A stretch of DNA of 63,789 nucleotides, filler included, from Anaerolineae bacterium (GTDB taxonomy: Bacteria > Chloroflexota > Anaerolineae > B4-G1 > DUEL01): assembly GCA_041082215.1 (NCBI GenBank). It is 5 parts of 5 records of this genome, joined end to end, with 100 filler letters (N's around TTAATTAATTAA, not from the genome) between each part and the next. Parts side by side here need not be neighbours in the genome. Positions count along the whole stretch, not along the records: positions 21,743 to 53,134 come from JBDOIF010000110.1; 4 more parts are not named here. The stretch is one strand, 5' to 3'. The notes beneath the pieces were generated by a model, which ran no database searches, was not told where the DNA came from, and saw only the letters and a list, made by a program, of their open reading frames with translations. Both the position numbers and the translations under genes were made by a program. Position 1 is the first letter of the stretch. The number at the start of each line of letters is the position of its first letter. Positions 22,130 through 30,814 of the stretch are shown here, piece by piece.

Positions 22130-23303
22130 GCACCGTGTTGAAAAACTTTGGCTTGCTATATTGGTTATGTCTACCATTGCCGTGCGCGTTGCCCTTTCTT
22201 TAGTAGCCTGTGACATCATTGATGTTCAGAACTATGCGCGTGTGGCAGCGATTGTGCGTGATCACGGCATCTTCGCGCTTTATACACAGACTACCGGCAT
22301 TTATCCTTATCCGCCTCTCTGGGTTTGGTTTGAAATATTGGCCCAACTTTTATCTGAAGCAAGCGGAGTAAATTTTGGCTTGCTCATTCGTTGCCCTATC
22401 ATTTTAGCTGACGTCGGGATCGTTTACATCATCTGGAGATGGTGTCGTGAAACCGCAATCTCCCCGATTCTCTTGGGAGCATCTTACGTGCTTAATCCTA
22501 TATCTCTTATTATCACCTGCCTACACGGTCAGTTTGATGCTATCCCAGTATTCTTTTCTCTACTCGCCATATACAAACTGGAACACTCGGGTTACCTTTT
22601 GTCCGCGGTTGCTTTATCTTTAGGAGTTGCTTTCAAGTCGTATCCAGTATTATTGCTACCAGTAGGACTCACTCGATTAAAATCGTTCCAAATGAGAATT
22701 GTCTTTGCCGTTATTGCCATTCTTCCGGTTATCCTGCTTCTCTTACCTTTTTGCTTACATGCACCTATTGCCGTGCTAAAGGAATTGGTGCTTTACAAAG
22801 GGGCGGCACTGCTGGGTATGCTTGTGCCTATGCGGGTGGCTTATGGGCTTTTAACGCATAATCATTTTCCTGTTACACTAACTCTGGAAATAATTGCTAT
22901 TTCGAGGTGGCTTTTCTTAATTGGCTATGCTAGTTTTATTGTTTGGCAAATAGGCCGACCTCGGTTCTCACTTATCACAGCCTGCACTATCACCTTGCTT
23001 TTGTTCTATTTCCTCTATGCTGGAATCGCGCCCCAATATTTGGTTTGGGTTTTGCCGTTTTTGCTGGTAATGAGTGTTGAGTCTATACTTCCGGCATGGC
23101 TCTATACTCTAATGGGTGCAATGGCTTTGTATGGATTTTATGCCTATGCGGTGCCCGAAACGTTCTGTTTTTTGCCACAGGTATCTGCAGGGGTATCTCG
23201 TGTGATATATGGACTCTCCGGAACACTCTGGTGGATTTTTTTAGCAATCCTTTTAATACGGTTCATTAGACGAGAACAATTGGACACAGGGTTCAGTTTG
23301 TGA
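22122..23303 (+). CDS. Polytopic GT-C glycosyltransferase (GT87/PIG-M-like)
   Basis: YPYPP, LNP, HGQFD, K.YP, PQYLVW; many transmembrane helices; visibly AT-richer. Confidence 0.75.
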   Translation: MYKHRVEKLWLAILVMSTIAVRVALSLVACDIIDVQNYARVAAIVRDHGIFALYTQTTGIYPYPPLWVWFEILAQLLSEASGVNFGLLIRCPIILADVGIVYIIWRWCRETAISPILLGASYVLNPISLIITCLHGQFDAIPVFFSLLAIYKLEHSGYLLSAVALSLGVAFKSYPVLLLPVGLTRLKSFQMRIVFAVIAILPVILLLLPFCLHAPIAVLKELVLYKGAALLGMLVPMRVAYGLLTHNHFPVTLTLEIIAISRWLFLIGYASFIVWQIGRPRFSLITACTITLLLFYFLYAGIAPQYLVWVLPFLLVMSVESILPAWLYTLMGAMALYGFYAYAVPETFCFLPQVSAGVSRVIYGLSGTLWWIFLAILLIRFIRREQLDTGFSL

Positions 23304-24409
23304 TACGCGTTCTTCATATCGCCCGTTACCGTGCGCCCTCTATGGAGCGCAAATTGGAAATTATGGCCGCCCGGCCGGACCTGGCCCTCTGGCTGGTGCG
23401 TCCGGCCTTCTGGAAGGATGAATACGGCAGAAGGGAGGTGCGACCTGTAGTACCAGGGTGTCAGGTGATCCAGATACCGATGCTGGGCCGAACCAATGAC
23501 CCGCATCGGGCCCTGTATCGGACCCTTTCCTTCGGGCTGAAGGTCGCGCGCCCGCATATCATTCACGCTGAGGAGGAGCCGGACAGCCTGGCAGCCCTGC
23601 AGATTGCCCTGGCCCGCCGGTCGTTCGCGCCGCAGTCCAAACTCATCCTGCATACCTGGCAGAACATCAACCGTCCTAAGCACTGGTATGTGTGGAAGGT
23701 CACCCGAATTTCTCTGCGGGAAGCCGATGCTATCCTGTGCGCGAACAGCGAGGCCGTTCAGGTGCTGCGGGAGATGGGGTACCAGGGGCCGGCAGAGGTG
23801 ATCCCGCCTATCGGGGTGGATACGCGCGTGTTCCGTCCGCGGGAGCGTCGGGTGGACCCGGACGTGTTCCGGGTCGCCTACGCCGGGCGGTTTGTGCCGG
23901 AGAAGGGGCTGGATACCCTGCTACAAGCTGCAGCCCGTCTGGGGCCTGGCATGGAGTTGTGGCTGATCGGCGATGGACCGCAGCGGGCCGCGCTTCAATC
24001 GCTGGCGCGGGACCTGGGAATTGAGGAGCGGGTTCGCTGGGTGCCGCCCGTTTCGCCGGAGCAGATGCCGGAGCTGCTGGCTCAGGTAAATGTGGTGGTC
24101 CTGCCTTCTCGCACCACGCCGATCTGGAAAGAACAGTTCGGACGGATTCTGGTAGAGGCGATGGCCTGCGGGGTGCCGGTGGTGGGCTCGGATTCCGGCG
24201 CCGTTCCGGAGGTCGTCGGGGATGCGGGGCTGATTTTCCCAGAGGGGGATGTACAGGCGCTGGTGGAGCGTCTGGAGTCCCTGCGACGGATGCCCAAATT
24301 GCAGTCGGAGTGTGCCAAGCAAGGCTTAGCACGATCTGGGTTGTACACTCAAGAGACGGTTGCCAAGCAAACCCTCGCGTTCTATGAAAAATGGGCGAGC
24401 CCTTGCTAA
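23300..24409 (+). CDS. Glycosyltransferase family 4
   Basis: AGRFVPEKG, WKEQFGRILVEAMACG. Confidence 0.93.
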   Translation: MIRVLHIARYRAPSMERKLEIMAARPDLALWLVRPAFWKDEYGRREVRPVVPGCQVIQIPMLGRTNDPHRALYRTLSFGLKVARPHIIHAEEEPDSLAALQIALARRSFAPQSKLILHTWQNINRPKHWYVWKVTRISLREADAILCANSEAVQVLREMGYQGPAEVIPPIGVDTRVFRPRERRVDPDVFRVAYAGRFVPEKGLDTLLQAAARLGPGMELWLIGDGPQRAALQSLARDLGIEERVRWVPPVSPEQMPELLAQVNVVVLPSRTTPIWKEQFGRILVEAMACGVPVVGSDSGAVPEVVGDAGLIFPEGDVQALVERLESLRRMPKLQSECAKQGLARSGLYTQETVAKQTLAFYEKWASPC

Positions 24410-25245
24410 CCATCATCGTTCTCGCTTATAACAACTGCGACCTAGTTGTGCAGTGTTTAGGGAACTTCTACGACTACGCTGCTGCTTTGGAGTGGCAGGT
24501 CGTTGTTGTGGATAACGGTTCCACCAACGGTACGGCCAGCTTGGTTGTTGAACAGTTCCCTGCGGTAAAACTTATTCGGAGTGATCGGAATTTGGGGTTT
24601 GCGGGTGGCATGAACCTCGGTCTAAAGGAGGCTACAGGGCGGGTTATTGTCCTGATGAATAGCGATGTCCTGATTTCAGCCGAGACTCTTCAAGGTGCGG
24701 CTGAGTCTCTTCTGGCGCAGCCCGGAGTAGGTGCTCTCTCCCCTCTACTCCGTACCCCTGATGGAACACCCCAGGCCTTTGCCTTTGGTAGAGATCAGAG
24801 CCCTTGGTATTTATTCCGGCGTGGGTTGAGGGCCTTGTTGGGTCTGGGTCCTATGCACCAGTGGAATGTGACGCAACCGCTTGAGGTGGATTGGATTTCT
24901 GGAGCCTGTATGCTGGTGCGCCGGGAAGTTGTAGGGCAAGTCGGATTGCTGGATGAACAGTTTTTCCTTTACTTTGAGGACAATGATTGGTGTCTGCGAA
25001 TGAGAAAGGCCGGTTGGCGAATTTTTTATGACCCACGTTTTGAGGTTGTGCACCTGGGAGGGGCGTCACTCCCACAAAGAGATCGGGCAAGTCAGATTTA
25101 CTACCAGAGTCTGATCCGGTTTACGGCCAAACATTACGGACCTTTAAAGGCTGGGATGATTCGGGTCTTATTGGCGGGGTATCGTGCCCTGCGAAAGGGT
25201 TTCGCTCTTAGGTTGCCTTCCTCAATCTGGAAGGGGACCAGGTAG
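24391..25245 (+). CDS. Glycosyltransferase family 2 (rhamnosyltransferase-like)
   Basis: VVDNGS, NLGFAGG.N, NSD, DWISGACM, FFLYFEDNDW. Confidence 0.92.
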   Translation: MGEPLLTIIVLAYNNCDLVVQCLGNFYDYAAALEWQVVVVDNGSTNGTASLVVEQFPAVKLIRSDRNLGFAGGMNLGLKEATGRVIVLMNSDVLISAETLQGAAESLLAQPGVGALSPLLRTPDGTPQAFAFGRDQSPWYLFRRGLRALLGLGPMHQWNVTQPLEVDWISGACMLVRREVVGQVGLLDEQFFLYFEDNDWCLRMRKAGWRIFYDPRFEVVHLGGASLPQRDRASQIYYQSLIRFTAKHYGPLKAGMIRVLLAGYRALRKGFALRLPSSIWKGTR

Positions 25246-25252
25246 AGCGGCG

Positions 25253-25692
25253 ATGAACCTCTGCCTTGCTTCTCCCCCGTCGTCCACCAGAAAGCCGGGC
25301 TGGCTTCTTATACCCGCGAAGAGGAACGGGTCCACTTCACCGGCTACGTCCCCGATGAGGACCTCCCGGCCCTCTACAGCGCGGCCGACCTCTTCGTTTT
25401 TCCCTCCCTCTACGAAGGCTTCGGCCTGCCGGTGCTGGAGGCGATGGCCTGTGGCGTGCCGGTGGTCTGTTCCAGCACCTCCAGCCTGCCCGAGGTGGCA
25501 GGGGATGCGGCGCTGCTGGTGGACCCCACCGACGTGCGGGCCCTGGCGGCGGCGATGGAGCGGGCGCTGACCGATGAGGCCCTCCGGGTGTCACTGCGGG
25601 CCCGGGGGCTGGAACGGGCCCGGCGGTTCACCTGGGAGGAGGCGGCGCGAAGGACGCTGGAGGTGTACTGGCAGGTGCTGGGAAGCGTTTGA
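25253..25692 (+). pseudogene. GT4 glycosyltransferase remnant (frameshift plus large internal deletion)
   Basis: MNLCL is out of frame with [17 protein letters not shown], which runs directly into the C-terminal [10 protein letters not shown]...[19 protein letters not shown]. Confidence 0.75.
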
Positions 25693-25745
25693 CTTCGCTC
25701 CTGTCTTGTGTTATCATTACATCATAAAAGCAGAAATGATAACAC
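25689..25745 (+). promoter_or_regulatory. Toxin-antitoxin promoter with inverted-repeat operator
   Basis: TTGACT-17-TATCAT; GTGTTATCATT-N16-AATGATAACAC. Confidence 0.75.
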
Positions 25746-25760
25746 TTTTTGGGGTGAGGG

Positions 25761-26021
25761 ATGATCCGGACTCAAATCCAGTTGGAGGAAGCCCAGTACC
25801 GCGCGTTGAAAGAGCGGGCGGCGCGCCAGCGGACATCAGTGGCTGAATTGATCCGTCGGGCTGTCAGAGCCTGGCTGGAGACGTCGGCCGAAGTCTCCGA
25901 AGAAGAACGCCGTCGGCGGGCCATCGCCGCCGCAGGCCAGTTCCGGAGCGGGCTGGGAGACCTGGCGGAAAAGCACGACGAATATCTGGCCCAGATTTAT
26001 GACGAAGAGGCTCACCCTTAA
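25761..26021 (+). CDS. CopG/ribbon-helix-helix antitoxin (VapB-like)
   Basis: MIRTQIQL...SVAELIRRAV...DLAEKHDEYL. Confidence 0.88.
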   Translation: MIRTQIQLEEAQYRALKERAARQRTSVAELIRRAVRAWLETSAEVSEEERRRRAIAAAGQFRSGLGDLAEKHDEYLAQIYDEEAHP

Positions 26022-26425
26022 TGAGGATATTCGTTGACACCTCTGCTCTTCTGGCGGTGATAGACGGGGACGACCGCTTTCACATTGCGGCCTTCCGGTT
26101 CTGGGAACAGCAGTTATCCGGGCCCGCCGTGTTTCTGACCAGCAATTACGTGGTTCTGGAAACCACGGCCCTGGTCCAGAACCGGCTGGGCATTGCGGCG
26201 GCCTCGCTCCTCCACGGGGAGATTCTGCCCGTTATCCGCCAGGAGTGGATTGACCCCGGCCTTCATCAAAGGGCAGTGGCGGCCCTGCTGGCGGCCCGTC
26301 GTCGGGATGTCAGCCTGGTGGACTACACCAGTTTTGAATTGATGCGCCAGTTGGGCATCCGCGCTGCCTTCACCTTTGACCGCCATTTTGCTGAGCAGGG
26401 ATTTGAGGTCCTACCAGCGCCCTGA
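26021..26425 (+). CDS. VapC family PIN toxin
   Basis: IFVDTSA, NYVVLET, SLVDYTSF, FTFDRHF. Confidence 0.92.
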   Translation: MRIFVDTSALLAVIDGDDRFHIAAFRFWEQQLSGPAVFLTSNYVVLETTALVQNRLGIAAASLLHGEILPVIRQEWIDPGLHQRAVAALLAARRRDVSLVDYTSFELMRQLGIRAAFTFDRHFAEQGFEVLPAP

Positions 26426-26438
26426 GAACATTCTCCTT

Positions 26439-27962
26439 ATGAAAACGAAAATGGCTTTCCGCTTTCCTCGCCAGGTCGTTGGGCTGGCCTCTTTTGCCGT
26501 TTTATTACTGGCCTTTCTTCTGCTGAATTACCGCCTGAGCGCCAAAAGCCTGTGGGTTGACGAACTCTTCACAGCTCACCTTGCCTCATTGCCTCTCCCC
26601 CAAATCCCTCTCGCTGTGGCTGCTGACCTGCATCCACCTCTGTACTTTCTGCTGTTGAATCTCTGGGCCAGGATGACGGGCACGACCGAGTTCGCGCTGC
26701 GGTGGCCTTCTGTTTTTGCCGCAATGATGGGTTTGTGCCTGACCTATCGGCTGGGGAATCGTCTCGGTGGTCGCCGGATTGCGCTCTTCGGCTTGCTGGC
26801 TCTGACTCTTTCCCCTTTCTTCGTTGAATTCTCTCGGATGGCACGATACTACTCCTGGGCCCTGGCTCTGGGGTTGCTGGCGACTTTTCTACTGCTCTCT
26901 GCCTGGCGGTCGGATAAACCCATCCTGTGGGTGGGGTATGGGTGTGCCCTGGCTCTGCTACTGTATACGTTCTATCTGGGCATCCTGATACCGCTGGCCC
27001 ACGGGTTGGCCGTGATATGGGATAGGGATCCCCGCTGTCGCCGCAGGTGGATGAAGGTTCTCGTTCTGGTTATCCTTTCCTTCCTGCCCTGGGCAACCGT
27101 CCTGGCGGCTCAGATCACTCGCAGTGGGGAGATGGGCCCAGCCGATTTCGCCGGTCACTTCAGCGGTTTCCTGCTGGCGTCCCTGTATCCCTTTTACGCG
27201 TTCAGCGTGGGTGAGACGATCTTCCCGTGGTTTCCGACCGCTGTTCCGGCCGCTCTTGCCTGGCTCGGGCTGGCTACTTATGGCGGATTCTCCCTTTCCA
27301 GGCCGTGGCGGGTCGTCTTCATCCTGCTGGTGGTTATCCCTGTGTTCCTGACAGCCATCATCGTGACCTACATCTCCACTGGCACCCCGTTCCTGAACGC
27401 GCCCGTTCGAGCCTTCTTTGTCCTTCCATACCTGACTCTTCTTGGGAGTACGGGCTGGTCCGTTCTACGGAGCCGTTTCTGGCGGGCTGGGCTGGGAGCA
27501 CTGATCGGGACAACCTGGATTGTGTCGCTTGTGAATGTTTACATCGGACAGCAATACCTGAACCCGAACTACATCATTCCCGCTCGCGAGGTGGCTCGGG
27601 AAATTGCGGCCGAAGCAGGGCCTGGGGATGTGGTGATTGGAGAGTGGGATAGCGGGTTCAGTTACTATTTTCAACGGCAGGGGTCTGAGGCCACTTACCT
27701 GGAGGCCGCTCAGACAGCCGAAGTGATCCGCTTTCTCGCTGAACGTACTCCCGATCGGGTCTGGCTGGTGACTATTGGGCGGGATCGAACCCGTGAGGCC
27801 ACACCGGTGGAAGTCCTGGATTGGCTTTCCGCAAATTATCGGCTGGTGGAAGAGAGGGGATATGTGGAACAGGATCCTCTGTACCGGCGGATCAAAGAGG
27901 CGCTATTGCGACGCCCGGCCTATCCGCACAAACTGATGGTTCGCCAATTTGAACGCAAATAG
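26439..27962 (+). CDS. GT-C glycosyltransferase (PMT/ArnT-like)
   Basis: SLWVDE, DLHPPLYF, RWPS, SRMARYY; multiple transmembrane helices. Confidence 0.85.
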   Translation: MKTKMAFRFPRQVVGLASFAVLLLAFLLLNYRLSAKSLWVDELFTAHLASLPLPQIPLAVAADLHPPLYFLLLNLWARMTGTTEFALRWPSVFAAMMGLCLTYRLGNRLGGRRIALFGLLALTLSPFFVEFSRMARYYSWALALGLLATFLLLSAWRSDKPILWVGYGCALALLLYTFYLGILIPLAHGLAVIWDRDPRCRRRWMKVLVLVILSFLPWATVLAAQITRSGEMGPADFAGHFSGFLLASLYPFYAFSVGETIFPWFPTAVPAALAWLGLATYGGFSLSRPWRVVFILLVVIPVFLTAIIVTYISTGTPFLNAPVRAFFVLPYLTLLGSTGWSVLRSRFWRAGLGALIGTTWIVSLVNVYIGQQYLNPNYIIPAREVAREIAAEAGPGDVVIGEWDSGFSYYFQRQGSEATYLEAAQTAEVIRFLAERTPDRVWLVTIGRDRTREATPVEVLDWLSANYRLVEERGYVEQDPLYRRIKEALLRRPAYPHKLMVRQFERK

Positions 27963-27971
27963 GGAGCAGAC

Positions 27972-29465
27972 ATGCGGTCCGCTTTCCTCCCACTGATGGT
28001 CTTCCTCAGTGCCCTCGCTCTCTACATCCCTACCCTCGCCCCCGGCCTCCTCTGGGGGGGCGGCGATTTCGCGACCTTCCAGACTATGGCCTACCTGCTG
28101 GAGATTCAACTCCCGGGCGGGATTTTCGGCCACCCCCTCTGGGTGGTCCTGGCCCATCCCTTCACCTGGCTGCCGATCCGGGACGTGGCCTGGCGGGCCA
28201 ACCTGGCCTCTGCCGTCTTCGCCGCAGGGGCCCTGGCGCTGGTCTTCCTCACCGCCTGCCGCCTCACCAGGTCCAGGCCGGCTTCCCTCCTGGCGACCGC
28301 CGCGCTGGCGGTCTCCCATACCTTCTGGACCTACGCTGTGATGGCGAAGGTCTACTCCCTCAATGCCCTGCTCCTGATCGCCTGCGTTTACCTGCTCGTA
28401 CTGTGGGGTGAGAAAAGACAGAGCAGTTACCTCTGGGGGTTCGCCTTTCTTTACGGCCTCAGCCTGCTCAACCACCTGGTGATGGCAACGGCGGCGGCGG
28501 GATTTCTGGCTTACGTCGGCATCGTTGCCTGGAATTGTCGCAGGAAGCCGGGTACCGGGCGACAACTGGCGGTCGCCGTGCTGACAGGACTCCTGGGTGT
28601 TTCTCCCTACTTTTACCTGCTTTCCCACACCGGAACGACCGGCAGTATGACAGCCACTGTGCTGGGTTTCCTGCGGGGACTGGGGTACGTGCTGATCCGG
28701 CCCGGCGCCCTCCTCCTGGGCATCGGTGTGGGAGCGGTCCTGCTCCTCTACCAGTTTCCCCTCACCTTCATCCCTGGCTTCCGGGGCCTGCGGGATTCCC
28801 TCCGCTCGGGGCGCCCTGAGGCCTGGATGCTGGGACTGGCCGCGCTGGGAAATGTGCTCTTCCTTCTGGCCGCTGCAGATCCCCGGGCGGGCGGGGAGTA
28901 CTGGTGGAACCTGCACTACTACCTGCAGATGTATGTCATCTTCGCCCTCTGGATCGCCACCGGCTTCGCCCATCTCTGGCCCTGGCTGGCCGGCCGAAAA
29001 TGGGCTGTGACGGGTGTGGTTCTGCTTACCGTTGCCCTCCCTATCCTGCTCTATGCCCTGGCCCCAGTGGTAGCCCGTCCCTTCGTCTCCAACCTCCCCG
29101 GCTTCCGCCCCCTTCCGGGACGGGATAACCTGACTTATGTTCTCTCTCCCTGGAAGCACCGGGAGACCGGCGCGCGGGAGTTCGGCGAGTCAGTTCTGAC
29201 GGCCCTGCCCCCCAACAGCGTCCTCTTCGCCGACTACAGCATCTGGGCCGTCATCCGCTACCTCCAGGTCGTGGAGGGCGCCCGCCCGGATGTGGAACTG
29301 GTCCAGTTGACTGGCGACCAGCCCTCCCTGATCCTGCAATATCGGGATCGCCCCCACCTCTTCCTGGCCGACCTCTACCGGTATTACGACCTGGAGGGCA
29401 TCGGCCGACACTTTGAGATTCAGCCCTTCGGCCCGGTCTATCAGCTGATCGGGAAAAATCCATGA
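27972..29465 (+). CDS. DUF2723 (TMEM260-like) membrane glycosyltransferase
   Basis: TLAP...GD, GHPLW, RANLASA, FWTYA...KVYSLN, YLQVVEGARPDV. Confidence 0.8.
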   Translation: MRSAFLPLMVFLSALALYIPTLAPGLLWGGGDFATFQTMAYLLEIQLPGGIFGHPLWVVLAHPFTWLPIRDVAWRANLASAVFAAGALALVFLTACRLTRSRPASLLATAALAVSHTFWTYAVMAKVYSLNALLLIACVYLLVLWGEKRQSSYLWGFAFLYGLSLLNHLVMATAAAGFLAYVGIVAWNCRRKPGTGRQLAVAVLTGLLGVSPYFYLLSHTGTTGSMTATVLGFLRGLGYVLIRPGALLLGIGVGAVLLLYQFPLTFIPGFRGLRDSLRSGRPEAWMLGLAALGNVLFLLAAADPRAGGEYWWNLHYYLQMYVIFALWIATGFAHLWPWLAGRKWAVTGVVLLTVALPILLYALAPVVARPFVSNLPGFRPLPGRDNLTYVLSPWKHRETGAREFGESVLTALPPNSVLFADYSIWAVIRYLQVVEGARPDVELVQLTGDQPSLILQYRDRPHLFLADLYRYYDLEGIGRHFEIQPFGPVYQLIGKNP

Positions 29466-30610
29466 GCCCCCATTACGTCCTGGACGCCCGTACTGCCACC
29501 GACCATTTCCCCGGCATTGGCCGCTACGCCGTCAACCTGGCGCGGGCAATGGCGCCGCTTCTGGGCTCGGAGGAGCGCCTGACCCTCCTGCGCGATCCCA
29601 CCCGGCCTTCCCCCTGGGACCTCTCCCCCCTGGCCGGGGAGCGGGTGCGGGTGGTGGACGTGCCCCTCTCCCCCTTCTCCCTCCGCCAGCAGTGGGCCGT
29701 CCCCCGCCTCCTGGCCCGCCTGGAGACTGACCTCTACCACAGTCCCTACTACCTGATGCCCTACCGGCCAGGTGTGCTCACCATCCTCACTGTCCACGAC
29801 CTGATTCCCTTGCTGTTTCCCCGCCAGTCCACCCTTCAGGCCCGCCTGCTTTTCCGCTGGACGACGGCGCTGGCCCTGCGTGCTGCCCGTCACATGATCG
29901 CTGTCTCTGACGCAACGCGCCAGGACATGATGCGCTGTTTTCGCGTCTCAGCGGAGAAGGTTTCCATCATCCCTGAGGCCGCCGACCCGGCTTTCTACCC
30001 TCGCTCTTCCGCTGAGGTGGAGGCCCTCCGCCGCCGATACGGCCTGCCCGGGTCCTTCGTCCTCTACGTCGGCTCCAACAAACCCCACAAAAACCTGACC
30101 CGGCTGGTGGAAGCCTGGGCACGGATTACGGAATACGGAATACGCAACACGCTCGTCCTCGCCGGCCCCTGGGACCCCCGCTACCCCGAACCCCGCCTTC
30201 GGGCAGAGCAACTGGGGGTAGAGAACATCCGCTGGCTGGGGCCCGTCCCCGAGGCCGACCTGCCCGCCCTCTACAGCGCGGCGACGCTCTTCGTTTTCCC
30301 TTCCCTCTACGAGGGCTTTGGCCTGCCGGTGCTGGAGGCGATGGCCTGCGGGACACCTGTCGCCTGCTCCAGCACCTCTTCCCTCCCCGAAGTGGTCGGC
30401 GACGCCGCCCTGACCTTCGACCCCACCGACGTCGCCGCTATCGCCGATGCCCTGTCCTGCCTGCTGGCCGATAGCGACCTCCGCACCCATCTCCGCGAAC
30501 CGGGCCTCCGTCGGGCTGCCCGGTTCTCATGGAAGCGGACGGCGGCAAGGATCCTCGCCCTCTACCGCTCGGCCCGTTTTTCACTGCAAAGAATGCGCAG
30601 AGGACGCTGA
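29462..30610 (+). CDS. Glycosyltransferase family 4
   Basis: [37 protein letters not shown]. Confidence 0.93.
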   Translation: MSPHYVLDARTATDHFPGIGRYAVNLARAMAPLLGSEERLTLLRDPTRPSPWDLSPLAGERVRVVDVPLSPFSLRQQWAVPRLLARLETDLYHSPYYLMPYRPGVLTILTVHDLIPLLFPRQSTLQARLLFRWTTALALRAARHMIAVSDATRQDMMRCFRVSAEKVSIIPEAADPAFYPRSSAEVEALRRRYGLPGSFVLYVGSNKPHKNLTRLVEAWARITEYGIRNTLVLAGPWDPRYPEPRLRAEQLGVENIRWLGPVPEADLPALYSAATLFVFPSLYEGFGLPVLEAMACGTPVACSSTSSLPEVVGDAALTFDPTDVAAIADALSCLLADSDLRTHLREPGLRRAARFSWKRTAARILALYRSARFSLQRMRRGR

Positions 30611-30652
30611 GAATCCCCCTGGCCCTCACCCCACCCTCTGGCCCCCTCCCCC

Positions 30653-30681
30653 TTGCTTCTTCCTCCCGCGCATGATATAAT
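30653..30681 (+). promoter_or_regulatory. Sigma70-type promoter for the CHAT cassette
   Basis: TTGCTT-17-TATAAT with extended TG. Confidence 0.65.
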
Positions 30682-30814
30682 AATTTACGAATCCTCTCTC
30701 AATTTCCCCTCTCGCCCTCTTAACCTGTGCGGGTCGCCTCCAGAGAGAAGGAACGGTCTTGCTTGGCCTGCATGTTGCGCCGCATACATCGCCAATCGGA
30801 GGAGACTCGATAGT

